64,000 nt of DNA from the human T2T-CHM13v2.0 reference genome, Homo sapiens, in the NCBI RefSeq assembly GCF_009914755.1, contig NC_060935.1. One strand, given 5' to 3'. Positions 53,700 through 64,000 of this stretch are shown here, piece by piece. The position numbers and the translations under genes are program-made. The notes below the pieces were generated by a model. It was not told the DNA's origin. It did not search any database and worked only from the letters and a program-made list of their open reading frames with translations. How positions within the stretch are numbered: position 1 is the first letter of the stretch; each line of letters begins with the position of its first letter.

Positions 53700-55052
53700 G
53701 CTTAAAATAACTTTATTGAAGTATATTTCACATTTCATAAAATTTACCCATTTCAAATGTGAAATGCAGTAATTTTTACTAACCTTATCAAGTGGTAGAA
53801 TTATGACTATCATAGTAAATCAGTCCTAGAACACTTAATCCCCCCAGTAAGGTCCCTTTTGCCCATTTATAAATCATCTAATCCATACCCCTTCCCCTAA
53901 CCCCAGGCAACCACTAATCTACTTTCCACCCCTATAAATGTACCTTTGGGAGACATTTTATATGAAGGAACCATACAAGATGCAGTGTCTTGTGTCTTCT
54001 TTCATTCACTCAGCCCAAGGATTTAAATTCATCCGTGACATAGCATGTGTCAGCAGTTCCTTTTTTTTCATTGCTCAGTAGTAGTTCGTGTATGGATAGA
54101 ATGTGTTCTGTCTGTCCATTCAACAGTTAATGAGCATTTAGGTCATTTCCATTTCTGGCTATTATGAATAATGCTGTTATGAACCTTTATGAACATCTAT
54201 GTGCAGGTCTTCCTGTGGACAAGTTTTTATTACTTTTGAATATACAACTAAGAGTGGAATTACTGAATCATGATGTATTTTAGGTTTAACTTTTTGAGAA
54301 ACTCCCAAACTCTTTTCCAAAGTGGTTGCACCATGTCACATTCCCACCAACAATGTATGAGGGTTCTTATTTCTCCATAACTTTATCAAAATGTCTGTCT
54401 TCTTTAGTAAGCTATTCTAGTGAATATGAAGTGGTATTTTGTTGTGGTTTTAATTTGCATTTCCCTAGTAAATAAAATATTGAGCATCTTTCTAATGTAC
54501 TTATTGGCTATTCATGTCCTCTTTGGGATGATACCTATTTGTATCCTTTGCCCACTTTTAAGAAATGGGTTGTTTGTCTTTCAATAATTGAGTTGTAAGT
54601 GGTTTTTGTAAATTCTGAATGCAAGTTCTTTATCAGATTTCTGCTTTGCAAATATTTTCCCCTAATCCATTGCTTGTCTTTTTATTTCCTTAATTGTGTC
54701 TTCTGAAGTGCAAATGTTTCAAATTTTGATGAGGCCCAATTTACCTTTTTTTTTTTTTTTTTTTTTTGGTATCCTATGTAGGAAATCTTTGCCTAGCGCA
54801 ATGTCTCAAGGATTTTCTCTTATGGTCTCTTATAAAAAATTGTTTCATCTCTTCACTAATCACGTTGAGTTAACTTTCATATATGAGGTGAGGAGCTAAG
54901 TTAATCTTTTTCATGTGGATATTCAATTATTCCAGCACTATTTGATGAAAAGACTACTTTCACCAATGAATTCATTGCCTTGGCACATTTGTAACACAAT
55001 CAATTGTCTATATACTTAAGGGTTTATTTTTATAGTCTCAACTCTGTTTACA
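53700..55052 (-). mobile_element. L1MB/L1ME-type LINE-1, 3'UTR plus end of ORF2
   Basis: ctttattgaagtata...ccccaggcaaccactaatctactt...ttccaaagtggttgcacc...tttaatttgcatttccct...ttccagcactatttg. Confidence 0.9.
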
Positions 55053-55166
55053 CCTAGCATGGAGTTTCAGTTCTCCAGATGAGGAGCTGTGGCTGGTCAG
55101 TGTAGAACAGGCTTCCAAAGCCAGATCTTCCCTTTTTTTAATATTCATAATCTTTCTTTTTACTAA

Positions 55167-55485
<319 letters not shown>

Positions 55486-56399
55486 TTAAATATAACTTTT
55501 AATGTTATAATATTGGTTAAGGGATCAGGAATCTAAGGTTTATCTTTAGTGATAGACTTATTATGAAGAAGGCTGTCCATTATCTTTTTATATTAGGAAG
55601 GGAATTTAAGTGTACAGAGGCCTCCTCTTTCATTTAGTCAATGATAGTGCAATAAAAATAAACTTATTTATTCATCCATACAACAAATCTTTATTGAGTT
55701 TCCACAATATAGAGGAACTCACAAGTCTGTTAATAACAAGTATTTATGGTATATCCTTCATGTTCTTCTCAGGATGAACCTGTTATAAAGTGCTACTCCC
55801 CATCTTCTGACAGGCGTCAATTTGACCACATGTTCCCAATTATCTACTCCCTTCTCTGCACCCCAGCAGGGCAAGGCTCAGAAGCCATAAAGACTCTGGT
55901 TTGGAACTCAACAAGAACTATAAAAAAGCACCAGGCCTGAGGCAAAAATCTGTCTCCAATAGCAAATTCTGCCCTGATTTGTTATTTCACATCTGTTCTC
56001 TTGCTTGCCTGGCTCTATTCCTTTAGTGCCTGAGAATTTCTTAGTCCCTGAATATTTCCTTCATCTTTTGACAACCTGCTTTTCTCTGCTTTGTTTGGTT
56101 TTGTGTGTGTTTTGAAGTCCTCTCTCTCTACTCCGCCTGTGTCTGATCTCCTCTGCTGATGTGTGTGATGACCTCTTAATTTGACCTGCACCCTTATCTC
56201 CACCTCTTTGGCTTGGGTGCATTTCCACTAGGAACTGCATGATTCCAGATGCTCAGCTCAGCCTTAACCATGAAAAACTTGGTTCTGACCTGGAACTGCC
56301 TTATTCTTGAGTTCTTAGGATCTGTCCTCTGCCTCCATTAATGTCACCAAGGTCAGAGTATTATATATAGGTCGGTGGTTATTAAGAATATGGGCTCTG

Positions 56400-56700
56400 G
56401 GCTGGGCACAGTGACTCGTATCTATAATCCCAACACTTTGGGAGGTCAAGGCAGATGGATCACTTGAGTTCAGGATTTTGAGATCAGCCTGGGAAACATG
56501 GCCAAAACTTGTATCTAAAAAAAAAAAAAAAAAAAAAAAAAGCCAGGTGTGGTGGCACACACCCATAGTCCTAGCTATTCAGAAGGGCTGGAGTAGCCCT
56601 AGCTACTTGGGAGGCAGAAGCTGTAGTGAGCCAAGACACACTACTGTACTACAACCTGGTGACAGAGTAAGACCCTGTCTCAAAAAAAAAAAAAAAAAAA
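56400..56700 (+). mobile_element. AluJ with a rearranged right arm and a long middle poly(A)
   Basis: ggatcacttgagttcagg, gtaagaccctgtctc; TSD aagaatatgg(g)ctctg. Confidence 0.92.
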
Positions 56701-56733
56701 GAATATGGCTCTGGTCTAAGACTTTCTGGGTTA

Positions 56734-57026
<293 letters not shown>

Positions 57027-57055
57027 AAGACTTTCTCGGTTAAAACTTTGGATAT

Positions 57056-57814
57056 GCATCAGAGAAATGCAAATCAAAACCACAATGAGATACCATCACA
57101 CACCAGTCAGAATGGCTGTTATTAAAAAGTCAGGAAACAACAGATCCTGGTGAGGCTGCAGAGAGAAGGGAACACTTATACACTGTTGGTGGGAATGCAA
57201 ATTAGTTCAGCCACTGTGGAAAGCAGTTTAGAGATTTCTCAGAGAACTTAAAACAAAACTATCACATGACCCAGCAATTCCATTACTTGGTATATACCCA
57301 AAGGAAAAGAAATCATTCTACCAAAAATCACATACACTTGCATGCTCATCACAGCACTATTCACAACAGCAAAGACATGGAATCAACCTAGGTGCCCATG
57401 GACCGTGGGTTAAATCAAGAAAATGTGGTACATATACACCGTGGAATACTACCCAGCTACAAAAAGAGTGAAATCGTGTATTTTGCAGCAACAGCAACAT
57501 GGATGTACCTGGAGGTCATTATCCTAAGTGAATCAACACAGAAACGGAAAACCAAATACCACGTGTTCTCACTTATAAGTAGGAGGTAAACATTGGGTAC
57601 ACATGGACATAAAGACAGCAACAACAGACACTGGGGGCTACCAGAGGGGAGAGACAGGGAGGGGGGCAAGGGTTGGAAAACTGTTGGGTACTATGCTCAC
57701 CAGCTGGTGGACAAGATCAATGGTACCCGAAACCTCAGCGTCATGTGATATATCCATGTAACATTCTGCATGTGTACCCCCTGAATCGAAAATGAAAGTT
57801 GGAATTATAAAACA
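57056..57814 (+). mobile_element. 5'-truncated L1PA15/16-like LINE-1
   Basis: agagaaatgcaaatcaaaaccacaatgagatacc...gtaccccctgaatc...aaagttgg; TSD aaaactttg(g/a)atat. Confidence 0.9.
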
Positions 57815-60800
57815 AAAACTTTGAATATATCCTTTCCTAGTTACGTAAACTTGGGCAAATGACTCAGTCTTTCTGTGTCCTAACCTCATCCACAAAACAG
57901 GAAGAATAGTCATATTTACCTCATGGGGTTGTTAGAATTAAGGGAGATAACTCACATACAATACTTAAAATAGTGTCCAACACATGATAAGCTCTCAATA
58001 AAATTGAGCTGTTTCTATACTATGGCTAAATCCACTCTGGGAACCCATCTCCCTGCTTCTAGGCTGGGTTCCCTACAATGCATTCTCCACGCTGTAGCCA
58101 CAGCAACTTTTCCAACATGCAAATTTATAGCATCACTCCTCTTGCTTCAGGTGAAATCTGCAGTTGTGACCTTGTCTACAAGGCCTTTCCTCACCTGTCT
58201 CTGCACCTTCCTTGGAGTCATCAGGCCAATTTCTTAAGAGTGCTATAGTGATTTTTTTGGATGTTTTGAACTTTTTTTTTTTTTCAGCATCACACTACTT
58301 CTTGCCTCTCTGCTTTCTCTCATACTGTTCCTGCTGATTGGAACAAGCATCCCTTTATCTAGGTAACTCATGCCTTTATCTAGGTAACTTGTAGCTAACC
58401 TTCTGGTCTTAATCATCAATTCCTCTAGGAAACCATTTCTGGTTCACCAAAACAGTTTATGTACATTTTTGTATGCTTCCATAGTACCTTGAATTCCTTA
58501 TCGTGAAAATGATCATATTCTATTATGCCTTTCTCCTTTCTCTTTCATTAGATTATAAGTTCTTTAGGCCAGAGGCCTCCTCTATACTGCTCAGAGTTTT
58601 ACTTCTAAGTCCTAACACAGTGTTCATAATATAAAACGCTTCCAGAAACACTGTATTGGGCTTCTAAGCATTTGACGATTGTTTGCAATTGTACATGGAG
58701 GAAAGGCAAAACACAGACCAAAATGTAAGAATATTTATTGCCAGACTTACAAATAGTATTCCATGCATTCCATGAAGTAGCTTTATGTTTAAAAAGGATA
58801 AAACTAGAATAGTTTTATTAATGCAAAAAGACAAATGGAAGAGGATTGTAGAGCTCTCTTACTCGTCTGTTTATCTTCATAGAAGACGCCATAAATCTTG
58901 GGTGAAAAAAATCAAACACATGGCAGAGATGGAGAGAGAATGGCAGGGTGTTGGCACAAACATAGTACCTCTGGAAGATTGGCTGCTTCTTTAGGATACC
59001 CAGATGATGGCCTGTGAAATTGCCACCTAGTATAGAGTTCATAGGTGGTTTTCATGGGAATGTCCCCATGCATTTCATTTATCTGTCACTTTTGTTTACT
59101 CCGATTTATATACTCATCTAATTTGGCTTGACATAATCAGGACATGGCCATGAGAAACAAGAGGACATGTTTTAAATATTTCATTTAATACGAAAGTACT
59201 GGATACAGCCTCCTGTTCCTTTTTATTAGGGAAGTAGACATGGACTAACCACCATTACTCACAGGCTCAGCATGAATTTATAATAAAATTCTCAAGACAT
59301 GTGCAATATCTACACATTAACTAATGGAAATTGATTTAGATTTTTATTTATTTTTAACGAGTTGTAATGAACTTTTCTTTTAAGTTGTTCCCAGTCACAC
59401 ATTAGCCCTTTAAGTGCCATACAGTCTAAGAGAAACATGTACACTATAACAACTTATGATGGTGTTTGTTCTACCAAATGTGTTTGGCTTTCCCCAGGCC
59501 TCTTGAATGTGACATGGCCCGATTCAACATGGTGGCTTTCTCACTGGCTTGGCCCTATTCCCTGAGAAAAATAACTGCAAAGGCTTGGAAGTCAACTGAT
59601 TCCAACTTCACTTGTTTAGCGGAAAATTAAGGATTTATAAGAGAGTTATCGTGTCTTTATGAAGCTGTGGTTTCAATGAGCTGAAAATTCAATTCTCTTA
59701 ATGGCTCTTTTGTATTCAGTTCAGTTCCCAGAGACCCAGAAGGAAGTTTTTAAGAAAGCTAAAGAAAATTTGCTTTAATTCTCATGTTGGATTGTTCTAA
59801 AGGTAATGCCTATATATAGTGTGTGATTTCCTTCCTCATTGGTGTCTGTGGCATTTTTTGAGCCTTATCTACTTTAAACCAGTTGTTCTTAATTAGTAAA
59901 ATATGATCTTCCACCAAATGAGAAAAAGTTCCTGCTGTCTATAAACTGAAATGACTTTTTTCATCTAGAAATGATTTACTTGCATCTTGCCTTACAGAAG
60001 TAGTCCATATTGGACTAAGCAAAATATATATATACTTAGAAGACTAAGAATAGTAGTTTACAATGGCTAAAAAGCAATAATTTGAGGGTAGCTATGTTTG
60101 AATACTCTGAAATGAATTAAGATATTATCATTCTTAGATGACAAATTACTTAATAAGATGATATGAGTCTTCATGTCACTAGTATGACCTGTACATTTGC
60201 AGACTTCTCAGAACAAGTCTGTATGGTCAGTAGGTAATGATTTCCTCCATTATTAATGTTAGTGTTATCCCAAACATGACCCCCTTTGCCTCATCAGTGG
60301 CCACTGGCTGATCACAGTTTTACAAATGTTGCCAAACCGTCTCAGGAAGCCATAGAGGTAACATTGCTCATTTCACCTCTTGAGAAAATTAGATCACCTG
60401 CTCTTCAAAATGTACTGCCTCCAACCTCAGTCCTCTCTCAAAGTCATATGTAGAAAAATATAAAGAAAGAAATTTTCTTCTTAAGTTCAGGAGCTGGTTA
60501 TAAGGGTTATTTTTTCCCCCTGTAATTCTATTCTACAAATATAGACCTCAGCCATCTGTTGATTCCCTTACTCGTTTGCAGGTGGCATAAGTGAGACTAA
60601 CTAGGGACTGAAGTCCCACAGAGCTCTACCGCTTTAGTCTTAGTCACCCCTGGGGCCAAGGAATACAGCTTCTAGGCTTGAAAAGACTAGAAAATATGCT
60701 TTTTCAAAATGCGTCTCTGCGCCTGCCTGTTGCTGCCTTGCAGCCATGGTCTTAAACTTTAGTACCTACATTCATTCTAATTTAGAATGCTCGTCAATCA

Positions 60801-60891
60801 CTTCTGAAGCCCTGGAGGGAGAAAGGTTAAAGACTTAAAAAGAAAAAAAAAAAAGATTATTCCTGAATTCCAGGAGAGACCCAAAGAATTA

Positions 60892-61240
60892 ACCATTCAT
60901 TCGTTCAATGATTTTTTTTTTTTAGTGTGTATACTTTCAGTCACTCTTGTGAGTATGAAGAAATCAAAATTTAAAAGTCATAATCCTCTTCTTATGAAGC
61001 TTACCATTCAGGAAAGGAGATGGATACAAAAAGGAAAATAAAAGAATTCTGCTTCTATCTTGGAGGTCTGTATGAATTATAATAAAAGCATAGGAAAAGA
61101 AACGCCAAAATTTCCTTGGGGAGAAAAGCAGGGATGACTTCATAGAGGAAGAGGTTTGGGGCAGGGCCCTGTGGGATTCCCAGTGTAGAGGTGGGAGGAA
61201 CAAAAGGGGTGATATGAACAAAGACACAGGGCATGATATG
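60892..61240 (-). mobile_element. L2 relic
   Basis: cattcattcgttcaa...cttatgaagcttaccattc...gacttcatagaggaagagg. Confidence 0.5.
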
Positions 61241-62277
61241 GAAGGGAAGCCCTTTGTAAGAGAAGACACTAGTTCCCAGCAGAGGTCATCCCTCTCCTTG
61301 GTGACCTGGAGGACCTGTAATAAGTGCCTTTCTAGAAGAAAAAGAGAGAGCAAGTCCAAGGGGCTGCTCATTCTTCTGGCTGAGCAGCTTCAGAATGTGC
61401 CATGAGTCCAGCTGCAACAAAGCAGAATCCTTGCTAGAAACTAAGCGTCATTCAACTTTCTCTTATTTCACCTGACTTCAATCACAAACAAGGTGACGGC
61501 ACATGACTTCTGCCATTCTGATTAGGCAGAAGAGATCTGTGAGTGTGATTCTGAAAAAGGTCTCAAATAAACACCCACTGCAGTTGGTCCTCGTTTGAAT
61601 GTTGTACACTCACTCCTTCGCCGAGCCAACTGTGCTCAGAAACGTCTGCTCCGTCTCTGGCGTGTGTCCAGGCATTTCTGTGAGCCTTGAAGCTGAAATA
61701 TTCTGCAACCCTTGTGAGGTTTAGAAAGGAGCACATCACAAAGGGGATTTGGAAGTTCTGATTCCAGGAAATGAGCTGATAGTTCATTAGAAAACAAACG
61801 GTGTCTTCGCTGAGTGAAGATCATAACCCAGCAGGTGTTCAGGGACACTAGACACCTTCACCAGGGCAGTGGAGGTACAAAAAATTAAAAAAAAAAAAAT
61901 TACAATAGCATTGCCTCCCCAGGAAGCAGGAACCTATCAGTGGCACACGAATGTACCTGACTTCTCATCAGGCATTGTCTCACAAGCCAGTAACATATGT
62001 GGAAGATAATTGACAGGATGCTGGGTCCCCTCTGTTGGGTGAGACATTAACCAGTGCATGTGTGACTCCAGATTGCAAAATAATAATAATAACAATAATT
62101 TCAGAAAGCTTCTCTTTGAAGGAGACTTATTAAGAAGAAAACCCCAAAGCAGACTTCTTAGAAGAGTGCTGATAACTTATTGCTGTCATTGGTATTTTCC
62201 CCACCAATGAAAAATAACAAGGACAACACAGAGCAGAAAGTGAAGATATTGCTTACCAGGCTTCGATATGAGAGGGT

Positions 62278-62911
62278 TGAGACAATGCAGGGACCCCCTC
62301 TCAGTGGCCTGGTGGGTGTCTCAAGTGAAAATAAGTGAAAATAAAGAAAAGTCTTGTGTCCCTTCAAGTGAAATTGCAGGCACCTAGCTAGTCTTGAAAA
62401 GTAAGTGAGCAACCATTAAAATGAGCAAAAAGATAGCAGCAGCAGCCTCCCCAACAAATCAGTTACATGGTGTTTGGGTTCAATAGAAACTAAAAGATGA
62501 TCTTAACATCTGTTCTTCGGCTGTTCTTGAGAAATCCCCACCAGATGGAAAATGACGGCCACTATCACACAGACCTCAGATAAGGGGGAACTGAAGACTG
62601 AACTCTGACCATCAATCTTTGTTCTAAATTTTTTCCCGAGGGGCCTGGAGAGGGTCACACCCACAGGGCAAACCAATGTATAACTGCCATGGATTGCTTT
62701 ATGATTTTGCCTGTAACATCTGCTTTCCTGAAAAGACCCCTGACCTTTAAAAACCCTTGTCTGTAAGCCACTGGGAAGGTTAGGTCTTAAGCATTATCTG
62801 CCCATTCTCCTTGCTTGGAGCCGTGCAACAAATGCCCTATTTCCCTCTGCAAGTCTCCCTGCTAGTGTTGGGCTTCACTGGGCTGTGTGAGCAAACCTTG
62901 GTTCAGTAACA
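62278..62911 (+). mobile_element. MER39-like ERV1 solo LTR
   Basis: tgagac...caggcacctagctag...agacctcagataagggggaactga...ctttaaaaaccctt...ttctccttgcttgg...ggttcagtaaca. Confidence 0.75.
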
Positions 62912-63421
62912 GGTTCGGTTTTACATTTTCTGTTTTGTAACCTGCCTTTGGACAAGGAGTGCCTCAGTTTCTCAATGGATAAAACTTAGAAATATGGATA
63001 ACATAAAGAACAAGCTGTCATTAAGTGGTTATTGAAGCCACCATGGTTATTAAAGTTTTATGGTGACCAATAAGGCCAAAGTATGGCATCTCTTAGCCAG
63101 TTTTCAAAACAAGGAATGGTAGCATGAGCTTGGAGGAAGAGACGCAGAAGGAATTCCTTTGCCCCTTAGGAAGATGCTTCAACCCCAAGAGGCTTTTATT
63201 AGAATACACATTTGACGACAACTGCTCCATGTGATTTCATTTATTTTACATGAAGTAGTTGGATTGGGGAGTACTTTTTGAATATAACATGCAAGTAAAT
63301 GCAAACTAGAAACCGTGTGTATAAAATATACTGTGATAATGTGTGGATTTAGTAGACAAAAAAATTAACCTAATTTCAGACAGGTTGGAGAGGATGTGCT
63401 CCAATAAAAACTATGATTTCT

Positions 63422-63725
<304 letters not shown>

Positions 63726-64000
63726 AAAAGCTATGATTTCTAAAGTGAAACAGGGTGGATTCCAAGGCTCATTTGTTTTAGGATACTTTAACTACTACGC
63801 CCACACTAAGAGTTTCTTCTCTGCATATGTGGTGGGAACCTTGGTGTACAGTGTGGTTTTGTATAGCAAACAAGATGCATGTGTGTGTAAGAATATATTG
63901 CATGTATTCAGTCAGTTATATAGCAAATGGTGAGGGAGAGCTTGCTACGTGGCTGACACTGTTCTACGCACTGAAATGGGGCAGCAAAGAAGACACACGC

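Overview
AT-rich, CpG-depleted primate (human-like) genomic DNA, either intronic or intergenic. I found no recognisable protein-coding exon, RNA gene, CpG island or CRISPR-like array, and I cannot name the locus. The long ORFs in the track come from Alu, L1, LTR or GA-rich repeats. Much of the window is interspersed repeat: 15 Alus (J, S and Y types), old L1 fragments, L2, MIR and L3 relics, solo LTRs (MLT2B, THE1, MSTA, LTR16C, LTR33, MER39-like) and DNA-transposon MITEs (MER58C, MER5A, MADE1, MER81/MER94-like). Subfamily names are recalled from consensus sequences and need RepeatMasker/Dfam confirmation, and the boundaries of old elements are approximate. Most notable: (i) repeat-free blocks dense in TALE/homeodomain motifs (about 24.5-24.9 kb and 29.4-29.8 kb) that look like developmental enhancers; (ii) candidate recursive AG|GT splice sites and orphan splice sites on the + strand; (iii) repeated retrotransposition into the same tiny targets (13.7-14.3 kb and 56.4-57.8 kb); (iv) a ~660-bp polypurine tract with 57-bp and 109-bp higher-order repeats. 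I see no direct evidence of a new biological system, and all regulatory and splicing calls are hypotheses.
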